A DNA stretch of 32,000 nucleotides from Wolbachia endosymbiont of Dirofilaria (Dirofilaria) immitis (lineage in GTDB: Bacteria; Pseudomonadota; Alphaproteobacteria; Rickettsiales; Anaplasmataceae), in assembly GCF_013365455.1 (NCBI RefSeq), contig NZ_CP046578.1, positions 420,001 to 452,000 of the forward strand, given 5' to 3'. Made by a program: the position numbers and the translations under genes. Below, in pieces: positions 20,668 through 30,565 of the stretch. Position 1 is the stretch's first letter, and every line of letters starts with the position of its first letter. The notes beneath the pieces are model-generated. The model was not told the DNA's origin. It did no database searches and saw only the letters and a list, made by a program, of their open reading frames with translations.

Positions 20668-21772
20668 ATGAAAACTCATTTAGAAATCCTTGAACATTTT
20701 CAGAGCTTAGCTGAAAATATTTCAATTATCAGGAGGTGTCTTTGATATAGAAAAATTGAAATCACGCCTTGTAGATTTAGAATCTCAAGCTGCAGGTGAT
20801 AATCTATGGCAAGATAACCAAAAGGCACAAAAGATTTTAAAAGAGCGTTCTAAGATTAAAAATGATGTGGAGTTATTTTTAAAGCTAGAAAGTGATTACA
20901 AGAGTATCGTTGCCTTAATGGAATCTGCTATCGATGAGAATGATGAAGAATTTTTCTCTGAAGCCGAAAACGAATTAACGGAACTGGAAAAACTAATCAA
21001 GCGTAAAGAAGCAGAGTCTTTGTTTACTGATGAAACAGATAACAACAACTGTTTTTTGGAGATTCATTCGGGAGCTGGGGGAACAGAGAGCAACGATTGG
21101 GTTGAAATGCTTGTACATATGTATATAAGGTGGGCTAAGATTTATCATGATTTTAAAGTTGAAGTTATAGAAAAATCAGAAGGAGAATCAGTTGGAATAA
21201 AATCTGCAACGATAAAAATCATTGGAGAAAAAGCTTATGGATGGGCAAAAAATGAAAGTGGTATTCACAGACTGGTTCGAATATCTCCATTTGATGCAAA
21301 TAGTAAACGTCATACTAGTTTTGCAAGTGTAGGAGTTACTCCAGTAATAGAAGATTCAATTGATATTGACGTAAATGAAAAAGATTTGAGGATTGACACT
21401 TACCGTGCTTCTGGTGCTGGAGGTCAGCATGTAAATAAAACTGAAAGTGCAGTGCGTATAACGCATATTCCAACAGGTGTTATCGTTCAGTGCCAAAATA
21501 GTCGATCCCAGCATCAGAATAAAAATGAGGCATTAAAACTGCTTAAAGGACGTTTATACCAAATTGAACTGAAAAAAAAAGAACAAAAAACAGCTCAAGA
21601 GTATGGCAAGAAATGCAATATGGGTTGGGGTAATCAAATCAGGTCATACGTTATGCATCCGTATCAAATGGTGAAAGATTTAAGGACTGGATATGAAGTT
21701 GGTAATATAAATTCTGTTTTTGATGGTAATATAGATTGCTTCATAGTTAGAATGCTCACTAATAAAAATTAG
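20668..21772 (+). CDS. prfB: Peptide chain release factor 2, expressed via programmed +1 frameshift (20668..20742 joined to 20744..21772)
   Basis: Frame 0 reads ATG 20668 MKTHLEILEHFQSLAENISIIRRCL, followed by in-frame TGA at 20743-20745. The site is AGGAGG-TGT-CTT-TGA-T, the classical RF2 shift site with an SD-like element 3 nt upstream of CTT. The +1 frame continues DIEKLKSRLVDLES... and contains SPF (RISPFDA) and GGQ (SGAGGQHVNK). Confidence 0.9.
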
Positions 21773-22097
21773 GCAGAGTTGACTTTTACTATGATATGTT
21801 TATAGAAAAAGCACTATTGGTGCTGGATAAAAACTCTCTCACTATTTTTGAAGATAGGTTAACTTTCATTTGCTTGCCCATGTTTATAATCGTGCTAATT
21901 ACTACTAAATATAGTATTGTTGTGTAAATTTTTTACTTACATATTTTTATTGCTTTTTATAATCACTATAGAATTGAATTTCTTGATATGGTATCTGTTA
22001 CCTAAATAGCTGACACCTCTTTCTACATAGCTTTAGCTATTTACTCCAGATATATTACCTGTATACTTATTACTAAATTAAACTTAAGATAATCAAA

Positions 22098-23930
22098 ATG
22101 GGCGAATTTAAATCAATCCGTAATATTGCAATAATTGCACACGTCGACCATGGCAAAACTACTTTGCTTGATAATATGTTAAAACAAAGTGGTACGTTTC
22201 GCGGAAATCAAGAAGTACGAGAGCGGGTTATGGATAGTAGTGATCAAGAGCGTGAACGCGGAATTACAATACTTGCAAAATGTACATCGATAACATGGGG
22301 CAATGAAAAGATCAACATTATTGATACACCAGGACATGCAGACTTCGGCGGGGAAGTAGAAAGGGTGCTATGCATGGCAGATGGTGTACTACTGCTGGTT
22401 GATGCTGTAGAAGGTCCAATGCCGCAAACTAAGTTTGTATTATCAAAAGCGCTAAAAGCAGATTTAAAGCCGATTGTAATAATTAACAAGGTTGATCGAC
22501 CAGACAGCAAAATTGATGAAGTATTAAACGAGATATATGAGCTATTTTTTAGTCTTGATGCAACTAATGAGCAGCTAGATTTCCCATTACTGTATGCTTC
22601 TGGTAGGAATGGTTGGTGCGTTAAGAAACTTTCTGATGAAAGAAAAGATTTAAGCCCACTATTTTCGACAGTTATAGATTGCATAAAACCTCTTGTTTAT
22701 GATCAAAGTGCACCTTTTGCTATGCTAGTTACTTTACTTGAATCTGATAGGTTTCTCGGCAGAATCCTGACAGGAAAGGTTTGCCAAGGAATTATAAAAA
22801 TTAACTCTGACCTTAAGGTATTCAACCTCGATGGTAAAGTGGTCGAACGAGGAAGATTGATTAAGTTACTATCATTTTCTGGCTTAAAACGTATTCCAGT
22901 AGAACAAGCTGTAGCAGGTGATATAATTTCAATTGCAGGGCTTAAAAAAGCTTCAGTCTCAGACACCATAGCATCACCGGAAGCTACAACTGTGATAAGC
23001 TCAACTCCAGTTGATCCGCCAATAATGGCAATTACTATAAGCGTTAATGACTCACCCTTCGCTGGGCAAGAGGGAACAAAACTTACTTCGACTGTTATAA
23101 AGGACCGTTTATATGCAGAAGCAGAAACAAATGTTGCAATTACTGTAACTACAACACCAAGTGGTGAGGCATTTGAAGTTGGTGGACGGGGTGAGCTGCA
23201 GCTTGGAGTGTTAATCGAAGATATGAGGAGAGAAGGTTTTGAGCTTTCTATTTCACGCCCTAGAGTCTTTTTTAAAGAAGAAGATGGTAAAAAGCTTGAA
23301 CCTATAGAGGAAGTAGTGATTGATGTTGATGATGAGTATAGCGGAATTATTGTGGAAAAACTTAGCTTTCGCAAAGGTGAAGTGACTGATATTAGATCTT
23401 CTGGTAATAGTAGAACGAGGTTAACGTTTTTAGTGCCATCGAGAGGATTAATCGGATATCAAGGGGAATTTTTGACTGATTCCAGAGGTACTGGTATAAT
23501 GAACCGTGTATTCTATGGTTATGCTCCATATAAAGGTCAAATTTCTGGAAGACGTAATGGGGTATTAATTTCCACTGATCAAGGTGAAGCTGTAGCGTAT
23601 GCAATTTTTAATTTACAAGATAGAGGGATTATGTTTATTAAGCCACAAGACAGAATGTATTGTGGTATGATCATCGGTCAACATAGTCGTGACAATGATT
23701 TGGAAATAAATGTGCTTAAAGGTAAACAGTTAACAAATGTAAGAGCTACAGGTAGTGATGAGGCTGTAAAACTTACTCCACCAAAAATAATGACTTTAGA
23801 AGAAATGATAGCGTATATAAATGATGATGAATTAGTAGAAGTAACTCCGAAGTCTATACGTTTACGTAAGAAATTTCTTAACCCTAATGAACGTAAACGT
23901 GCAGAAAGGGAAAAAATAAAGAATAGATAG
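22098..23930 (+). CDS. typA: Translational GTPase TypA/BipA
   Basis: 610 aa. GTPase motifs are AIIAHVDHGKTTL, DTPGHADFGGEVER and NKVDR. The EF-G-like domain order and the C-terminal TypA-specific region are present. Confidence 0.9.
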   Translation: MGEFKSIRNIAIIAHVDHGKTTLLDNMLKQSGTFRGNQEVRERVMDSSDQERERGITILAKCTSITWGNEKINIIDTPGHADFGGEVERVLCMADGVLLLVDAVEGPMPQTKFVLSKALKADLKPIVIINKVDRPDSKIDEVLNEIYELFFSLDATNEQLDFPLLYASGRNGWCVKKLSDERKDLSPLFSTVIDCIKPLVYDQSAPFAMLVTLLESDRFLGRILTGKVCQGIIKINSDLKVFNLDGKVVERGRLIKLLSFSGLKRIPVEQAVAGDIISIAGLKKASVSDTIASPEATTVISSTPVDPPIMAITISVNDSPFAGQEGTKLTSTVIKDRLYAEAETNVAITVTTTPSGEAFEVGGRGELQLGVLIEDMRREGFELSISRPRVFFKEEDGKKLEPIEEVVIDVDDEYSGIIVEKLSFRKGEVTDIRSSGNSRTRLTFLVPSRGLIGYQGEFLTDSRGTGIMNRVFYGYAPYKGQISGRRNGVLISTDQGEAVAYAIFNLQDRGIMFIKPQDRMYCGMIIGQHSRDNDLEINVLKGKQLTNVRATGSDEAVKLTPPKIMTLEEMIAYINDDELVEVTPKSIRLRKKFLNPNERKRAEREKIKNR

Positions 23931-24215
23931 AGGTTTTCCTGTTTTGAATAGATATTTTATTATATTACTTCTATTATTCAATCTTTTATATAACCTGCTC
24001 TCAACGGCAATCTTTCATCAAAACTTACTTACGCTTTTTAAATATTTTAAGTATTCTGTAATTCTCATCTATGTTTCCCCTTAGAATTTCTTACTATGAA
24101 TTAGTCATGTAAAAAATCTATTTTATCCTGAAAGTTGTTTTTTTTTGCAATAACTTGTACAGCAGAATGAAATATTAAACTATATTTTCTATAGTTAAGT
24201 TTTTTAGATGAAAAG

Positions 24216-25202
24216 ATGAAAATTTGTGTAGGGATCAATGGCCTTGGTAGAATAGGGAGAAGTGTATTGCGTGCTATTTTCGAAATAGAAAAGTATGGTG
24301 AACAAATAGAGGTTGTAGCTATAAATGGATCACTCAGCGCCAAGCAGCATGTACATTTAATTAAATATGACTCTATTCATGGAAAATTTGATGGTAACGT
24401 TGATTTTAGCGAGTCTGAAAATTGGATTTCTATAAATGGCAAAAAGTTTTTTTTATATAGAGAACGAAATCCTGAAAATATCCCTTGGAATGTTGATGTA
24501 GTACTTGAATGCACCGGTGCGTTTAATAAGCGCATAGAAGCAGTAAAGCATAATGCAGGAAGAGTAATTGTTTCTGCTCCAGTTTCAGATGCTGATGTAA
24601 CTATAGTATATGGTGTGAACAATAGTATGCTAAAAAGAGAGCATAAGGTGATATCAGCAGGTTCTTGTACTACAAATTGTTTAGCTCCAATTGTGCAGGT
24701 TTTGCACTCTAATTTAGGTATAAAAAGTGGTTTTATGACTACTATACACGCCTATACAAACGATCAAAATATTCTTGATGGTAATCATAAAGATTTACAA
24801 AGAGCAAGAGCTTGTGGGTTATCTATAGTGCCAACTACAACTGGAGCAGCAAAAACAATTAGTTCTGTCATTCCTGAATTAAAGGGAAAGCTAGATGGTA
24901 TTGCCATCAGAGTTCCAGTTAGTAATGTCTCTATGATTGATTTTAAATTTATAACTGGTAAGAAAGTAACGGCTGAGGAGATAAATAGGATATTGAAGGA
25001 TTCAGCAAATTATGTACTTTCCATGTGCGAGGAACCTTTAGTTTCAATAGACTTTGTACATAGCCCCTACAGTGCAATTGTAGACTTAGCTGGTACATAT
25101 GTCACAGGTGATATATGTAGGGTTGCAGCATGGTATGATAACGAATGGGCCTTCTCACTAAGGATGTTAGATATAGTGTTATTGTGCTATAATGGAGCAT
25201 GA
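24216..25202 (+). CDS. gap: Glyceraldehyde-3-phosphate dehydrogenase
   Basis: MKICVGINGLGRIGR forms the NAD-binding fold. The catalytic site is SAGSCTTNCLAP. WYDNEWAFS lies near the C-terminus. Confidence 0.9.
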   Translation: MKICVGINGLGRIGRSVLRAIFEIEKYGEQIEVVAINGSLSAKQHVHLIKYDSIHGKFDGNVDFSESENWISINGKKFFLYRERNPENIPWNVDVVLECTGAFNKRIEAVKHNAGRVIVSAPVSDADVTIVYGVNNSMLKREHKVISAGSCTTNCLAPIVQVLHSNLGIKSGFMTTIHAYTNDQNILDGNHKDLQRARACGLSIVPTTTGAAKTISSVIPELKGKLDGIAIRVPVSNVSMIDFKFITGKKVTAEEINRILKDSANYVLSMCEEPLVSIDFVHSPYSAIVDLAGTYVTGDICRVAAWYDNEWAFSLRMLDIVLLCYNGA

Positions 25203-25963
25203 ATAAAAACCCAAACGAATATACTTCATTTTATGAGCACTTTGCAGAGCTTAGGAGAAAGGTTATTTTCTGCTTTCTGTTTTTTCTCGTTGTTTTTGGT
25301 TTTTGCTACTATTTTAAAGAGAATATATACTATTTTTTACTCACTCCTTTAATAGAGGCCACAAAAGGAAGTAATAGCTTTTCTCTAATCTATACAGACT
25401 TGACAGAGGCATTTTTTGTATATCTCAGAGTTGCTATAATGAGCGCACTTTTGTTTTCTTTTCCTGTATTTGCATGGAAGTTTTATATGTTTTTAGCACC
25501 TGGACTATATAAAAGTGAAAGGGCAGTGTTGTTACCATATTTAATTGCAACACCAGTTTTGTTTATAACAGGAGCTGCTGTAGTTTATTATTATATATTT
25601 CCTTTAGCTTGGAGGTTTTTTATTGCTTTTGAAAGTAGTGGCAAACCTTTTGGCATACCAATAGAGTTTATGCCGTCAGTCAGTGAATATTTAGACCTTG
25701 TTCTCCAATTCATGTTTGCATTTGGCGCTGCATTTCAAATTCCGGTTATACTCACGTTAATGGTTAGAGTCAGGTTACTTACCACACAAAATTTGTCGAG
25801 TAGGAGGAGAATTGCAATAGTGGTAATTTTTATTATTGCTGCAGTCCTAACTCCACCTGATGTATTAAGCCAAGTAGGACTTGCAGTACCAATGCTGATT
25901 CTATATGAACTATCTATTCTAGTATGCAGATATATTGAAAAGAAGGCAAAAAGTAATACTTGA
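25199..25963 (+). CDS. tatC: Twin-arginine translocase subunit TatC
   Basis: 254 aa with the typical FxEHxxELRxR N-terminus (FYEHFAELRRKVI) and six predicted TM segments. Its start overlaps the gap stop in ATGA at 25199-25202. Confidence 0.85.
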   Translation: MNKNPNEYTSFYEHFAELRRKVIFCFLFFLVVFGFCYYFKENIYYFLLTPLIEATKGSNSFSLIYTDLTEAFFVYLRVAIMSALLFSFPVFAWKFYMFLAPGLYKSERAVLLPYLIATPVLFITGAAVVYYYIFPLAWRFFIAFESSGKPFGIPIEFMPSVSEYLDLVLQFMFAFGAAFQIPVILTLMVRVRLLTTQNLSSRRRIAIVVIFIIAAVLTPPDVLSQVGLAVPMLILYELSILVCRYIEKKAKSNT

Positions 25964-25981
25964 TATTGACATTTATAAAAA

Positions 25982-28900
25982 TTACATAATATATATTATG
26001 GAAAATGAAATAGAGATTAAACATTTTCTTCCTTTTAGGCTTCTGGTGATAGCCTCATTAGTCTTTGTTACAGCGCGGTTAAATACTTCCAATAACCTCT
26101 TAAGTAGACTTGGAGTTAACGAAAATATAGGATTAACAGATACATTACTATTTTTATCATCACCACTTGCTTTATAATCTATTGAGATAATTCCTCTACT
26201 TTTTCCACCAGTAAGAAGTTTTCCAATTATAGGAATCTTTAACAGAGATTTATTAATTGAATATGCTGGTATTACTTGTCCTTCGACCTGAAACTTGTGA
26301 TCTCTAACATCAAGCTTACCACTGGCGCTAATACCTAATTCTGCTCCTTCAAGCCAAGACTCTTCAATTTCAATAATACCATCTTTATATGAAAAAGGTG
26401 CGTTATACTTATCAAAATATACACCTTCATTCTTTATAGCATTTACAATACCAGGCAATGAAGACATTGACAATAAAGTAGTGAGTAGTGGAGCATCTTT
26501 GATGTAGAAATTACTAATGGATAGCATACCATGATGTTCTCCACTCTTCCTCTGAGGGGATAGATAAAAAGATAATTTGCCATTTTTAATTGATCTGCTA
26601 ATTCCTAGAGAACGCAAAAATATGCCTGAATTATCTGTATATATTTCAAGACCTATTCCACTATACTCTGCTAATATATTACTGTTATCTTTCAGAAATT
26701 GCCCTGTAAATTGACTTCCACTGCAATCACCTTTAGTACAAGTTAAATTCAGTTTAGCATTTTTAATAATAATATCTTCTTTCATAACTACGTTATCAAT
26801 ATTCATGCTAACTTCTATATTACTGTTTAATCTATTACTATCTTTGCCAAGCAAACCTAAAATATCACCTAAGTTCACTTTCTCACCATGGATAGTTATA
26901 GCGTTTTTCTCTTTACCTGATTTAATCTCTATACTAAAGTTATTATCAGGAAGTTTAAAGTCGCTAGAACTTAAGTATAAATTTCCATTTTCTAATTTCC
27001 CATTGAATTTTATATTTAAGCCATTTCCTATAAAGTCTAATTTATCTATTAGTAGCTCACCTGCTCCCTTTAACTTTGCAGAAAATGAAATTTTATTGTG
27101 ATCCTCAAAATAATTTTTCCGCCCTAGATAGCTTGAATGCAACTCAAGCTCTGATAAATCTACATTACCATTAATATACCCAGTCTTATCCTGATTTATC
27201 ACTGATTCTATATTTGCATTGATGTAACCATTACCAAAATTAAGTATTTGAGCAGGTAAATCTCCGGTTAAATTCCAGGAAAAACTTCTATTTTTGTTGC
27301 TACTTTTCAAGTCAAATATTAGCTGTGTATTATTCACTATGCCGCTTCCACGTAAATCAATAAAATCCCTACTAAAATCAAGCTTAACATCGTACTTACC
27401 GAGGTTTACATCACAGATAACTAGATTGTCAATTTTAGAATGGAAATTGGCTAAAAAATTTGCTTTTTTATTATCGGTGTTCAGATTAAAAACACGAAAA
27501 TTGAATATAGATTTTGCTTTTCCATCTATTTTGTCCCTTGTAATTTTAATAATATCATCTAGCTTAAATTTTATGGGCTCATATAACCCATAAGCATCAC
27601 TCACAGCCTGGCCATTGATAACAAGAACTGAATCTTCTTCATTAAAAGAATTCATTTCAATATATCCACTATCAATGGTAAAGTTCTGAAACTTAGCACT
27701 ATTTATAGTAATTTTCAGATTATTATTTCTAAGAGTTAAGTAACCATTTAATTCCTTTACTTGTTCGGAATTTTCATCAAATTTTACACTACCGTTTTCT
27801 ATATCAGCAATAACTGCAACATTCGATAAGTTATTATTAATTAAATTATTAATTTTGCCATTGAAACTTATAACTGTATTTATAATATTCCCATTAATAT
27901 TACGGCAATACCATTTTTTAAATTTACTATTTACTACACTATCTGGTACATAGGTACATAAATCCCTTGCAGCAAGTCTGCCAATGTTTGCCCTAAGCAG
28001 GGCATTATTTGTGCTAAGGTTTATTTTACCTATTAAAGAGAGAGATATATCGTATAAGTTAAAACAGAAGTTTCTTACACTCATTACCCCATTATTATAT
28101 GTTAAACTTATGTTTACGTTAGTTATAGGTAAGTCTTTGTTTACATAATTTCTTATATCCAACACGTATATATTTCCATCTACGACTTCATTCTTTCTAT
28201 TAATTTTCATTGAAAAGCTTCCTTTAAATCCTACGTCTTTGTTTAAACTGTAATTTTTAACTAACGTAAAAAATTCGCTTAATAATCCCAATTTTAAGTT
28301 ATAGAATGTTCCACACACATTTAATAAACTATTGTGATTTTTTACTATAATAGACAAATCACCTAGAATCCCTTTTTTATCTTTTGTGTGAATATGGATA
28401 TCCAAAATATCAAAATTCTTTCCCTTTCCTACATACACTTTATCAATAAAAAATTCCTTCTCTGCATCTTTATTTATAGTAATATTAGTAATTTCAACTT
28501 TTGAATCTGCATTCAAGTCAAAAAAGAATTTTTTCATTGCTTTCAAATAATTTTGAAAACTAAAATCAACCGCTTTGGAGTCAGCTTTTTCCTTATTAGC
28601 AGTTCCTGTAATCATTAAAGCTGTTGACACTGAGATCCGTTTTTTTTCTCCTTGAATCTCAGAGTCATGCATTGAAATAACAGTGGCAGGCCAAATATGT
28701 ATATGTACTTTATCAGCTAAAACCTGAGAAAATTGTATATTAGTTTTAAATAAAGAGTTTATCTTAAAATGCACGAAAAAGTTGGCAATTTTTATAGTAA
28801 AATCATGATTTACTACTTCAAAATCCGTAATAACTAAGCACGGATCTTTACTACCTTTTTGCCATATAATCGAAGTACCATTCATATTGATATTTGCATT

Positions 28901-29050
28901 GGCAAGCGCTCCTGATATCTTCTTTCTTATATAGAAATTAATATAATTAGTATTAATTTCTAAAGAATCCTCATTTTTAAACAAGATAAAGAAGCAAAAT
29001 ACGAATAATAAAACTATAAAAAATAATACAGTGATTTTTTTAAGCATCAA
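25982..29050 (-). CDS. Large N-terminally anchored envelope protein, AsmA/YhdP-like (family call tentative)
   Basis: 1022-aa intact ORF with a single N-terminal TM anchor (ITVLFFIVLLFVFCFFILF), followed by a long, N/K/I-rich, beta-strand-like body. The C-terminal block GKLDVRDHKFQVEGQVIPAYSINKSLLKIPIIGKLLTGGKSRGIISIDYKASGDDKNSNVSVNPIFSLTP resembles the conserved C-terminus of AsmA-like proteins as I remember it. The coding call is strong; the family call is moderate. Confidence 0.6.
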   Translation of the reverse strand: MMLKKITVLFFIVLLFVFCFFILFKNEDSLEINTNYINFYIRKKISGALANANINMNGTSIIWQKGSKDPCLVITDFEVVNHDFTIKIANFFVHFKINSLFKTNIQFSQVLADKVHIHIWPATVISMHDSEIQGEKKRISVSTALMITGTANKEKADSKAVDFSFQNYLKAMKKFFFDLNADSKVEITNITINKDAEKEFFIDKVYVGKGKNFDILDIHIHTKDKKGILGDLSIIVKNHNSLLNVCGTFYNLKLGLLSEFFTLVKNYSLNKDVGFKGSFSMKINRKNEVVDGNIYVLDIRNYVNKDLPITNVNISLTYNNGVMSVRNFCFNLYDISLSLIGKINLSTNNALLRANIGRLAARDLCTYVPDSVVNSKFKKWYCRNINGNIINTVISFNGKINNLINNNLSNVAVIADIENGSVKFDENSEQVKELNGYLTLRNNNLKITINSAKFQNFTIDSGYIEMNSFNEEDSVLVINGQAVSDAYGLYEPIKFKLDDIIKITRDKIDGKAKSIFNFRVFNLNTDNKKANFLANFHSKIDNLVICDVNLGKYDVKLDFSRDFIDLRGSGIVNNTQLIFDLKSSNKNRSFSWNLTGDLPAQILNFGNGYINANIESVINQDKTGYINGNVDLSELELHSSYLGRKNYFEDHNKISFSAKLKGAGELLIDKLDFIGNGLNIKFNGKLENGNLYLSSSDFKLPDNNFSIEIKSGKEKNAITIHGEKVNLGDILGLLGKDSNRLNSNIEVSMNIDNVVMKEDIIIKNAKLNLTCTKGDCSGSQFTGQFLKDNSNILAEYSGIGLEIYTDNSGIFLRSLGISRSIKNGKLSFYLSPQRKSGEHHGMLSISNFYIKDAPLLTTLLSMSSLPGIVNAIKNEGVYFDKYNAPFSYKDGIIEIEESWLEGAELGISASGKLDVRDHKFQVEGQVIPAYSINKSLLKIPIIGKLLTGGKSRGIISIDYKASGDDKNSNVSVNPIFSLTPSLLKRLLEVFNRAVTKTNEAITRSLKGRKCLISISFSIIYIM

Positions 29051-29477
29051 TTATTGCTTTTCTTGCTAAGCTATCAGCCTCCTCGTTGTGCTTATCACAA
29101 TTATGCGCTTTAACCCATTTCCAATTAATATCATGTTGTAGGGCAGCATTATCTAACTCTTTCCACAATTCTATGTTCTTTACTGATTTCTTATTACTTG
29201 TTTTCCAGCCGTTCATTTTCCACTTATCTATCCATTCTGTTATGCCACGTTTAATATAGAGGCTGTCTGTATATAAGTTAACATTGCAAGGAAATTTTAA
29301 CGCCTTCAGCCCATTAATCACTGCTGTTAATTCCATTTTATTATTTGTAGTGTTTTCTTCCCTACCATAAATACTCTTTCTATGGCCTTTAAATAATATT
29401 ATTACTGCCCACCCTCCTGTTCCCGGATTACAAGAACATGCTCCGTCTGTGTATATTGTTACTTCCTTTTTATTCAT
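29040..29477 (-). CDS. rnhA: Ribonuclease HI
   Basis: 145 aa. VTIYTDGACSCNPGTGGWAVIL, TNNKMELTAV, YTDSLYI and HNEEADSLA carry the D-E-D-D catalytic residues in the canonical order. The 3' end overlaps the start of the downstream AsmA-like gene by 11 nt. Confidence 0.9.
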   Translation of the reverse strand: MNKKEVTIYTDGACSCNPGTGGWAVIILFKGHRKSIYGREENTTNNKMELTAVINGLKALKFPCNVNLYTDSLYIKRGITEWIDKWKMNGWKTSNKKSVKNIELWKELDNAALQHDINWKWVKAHNCDKHNEEADSLARKAIIDA

Positions 29478-29676
29478 TTTTTACTATATGAGCTATATGA
29501 ATAGTAAAGCGTATGCCTACTTCTATAAAAGCACAATTTTAATGAAACTTACAGAAATAGGGCAATTTAAGCTATACCTTTAAATTTTATTATAGAAACG
29601 AAAAAGAGTCCAACAGTTAGCACTATCAGGAGAAAAAGTAAAAAGTAGTTTTTGTTTTTCTGCTGTTCCTTCATAA

Positions 29677-30564
29677 TCAAAACCAATTAATGGAACAAAA
29701 GATAATACTAGCAAATAGAGAGAATAGGTAGGAAATTGAATAAGAAAACATTTTTTTCTGTGAGCTATAATTTTTAAGCCTAATAATAGATATAGCATAC
29801 CAAATAAAAATGCAGCCCTCGAGAATTGCTACGCTTAGGTAGAGTAAAACCCTTTTTAAAAATAATGATGGAAGTAGGCTGGTCAATACTAGCAGTATAC
29901 TATAAATTAATATATGTTTCCTTGTTTTTTCTGAGCCATAGACAATATTGAACATTGGGATTGATGCTTTTGTATATTCCTCAGACTTATTTAGAGATAA
30001 AGCCCAAAAGTGCGGTGGAGTCCACATGAAAATTATTAAAAATAGAATAAAACTTTCCCAGCTTATAGAATTAGTTACGGTTGCCCAACCGATCATTGGA
30101 GAAAAAGCACCTGATATACCACCGACAACGATATTTTGCGGAGTGCGCCTTTTAAGCCAAATTGTATATATAAAAACGTAAAACAATATACCAATTGCAA
30201 GTAAAACAGCAGAAATATAATTCACTGCTATTGCCATAATAAATACTGACAATACTCCAAGAGTTATACCAAACTCAAGAGCACTTTCTGCAGAGACTTT
30301 ACCTGAAGGTATAGGACGATTTTGTGTCCTTTTCATGAGCAGATCTATATCTCTGTCATACCACATATTTATGGCACCTGCAGATCCTGAACCAAGAGCA
30401 ATACATATAATGGATATTAGTGCAATGAAAGGATGTATATTACCTGGTGCAACAACCATTCCAGCAACTGCAGTAAATACTACAAGATATATCACCTTTG
30501 GCTTTAATAAACACCAAAAGTCCAGTATTGTTGATTCAACATTTAACAAAGCACTCGTATACAT
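29677..30564 (-). CDS. ctaB: Protoheme IX farnesyltransferase (heme O synthase)
   Basis: 295 aa polytopic UbiA-family protein with the Asp-rich motif [23 protein letters not shown]. It lies one nucleotide downstream of the coxA stop (30566-30568), the usual cox-cluster arrangement. Confidence 0.85.
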   Translation of the reverse strand: MYTSALLNVESTILDFWCLLKPKVIYLVVFTAVAGMVVAPGNIHPFIALISIICIALGSGSAGAINMWYDRDIDLLMKRTQNRPIPSGKVSAESALEFGITLGVLSVFIMAIAVNYISAVLLAIGILFYVFIYTIWLKRRTPQNIVVGGISGAFSPMIGWATVTNSISWESFILFLIIFMWTPPHFWALSLNKSEEYTKASIPMFNIVYGSEKTRKHILIYSILLVLTSLLPSLFLKRVLLYLSVAILEGCIFIWYAISIIRLKNYSSQKKMFSYSISYLFSLFASIIFCSINWF

Positions 30565-30565
30565 C

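Noticed and set aside
22244-23374. Two long minus-strand ORFs (146 aa and 223 aa) inside typA
   Set aside because: They are entirely antisense to a strongly supported GTPase gene. Their products are low-complexity and S/T/I-rich with no motifs. These are typical shadow ORFs of a gene whose sense strand is purine-rich.
25985-26000. Perfect 16-nt palindrome CATAATATATATTATG between convergent tatC and the AsmA-like gene, considered as a bidirectional terminator
   Set aside because: It is composed almost entirely of A/T, so the predicted stem is very weak. It lies within the last codons of the AsmA-like ORF, and such palindromes are expected by chance at this composition. A similar case is attacatgtaat at about 14413-14424.
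25935-26177. 80-aa plus ORF spanning the tatC end and the AsmA-like gene end. Plus ORFs also lie at 26805-27101 and 27294-27593.
   Set aside because: They are antisense or overlapping to the 1022-aa intact gene and are low-complexity.
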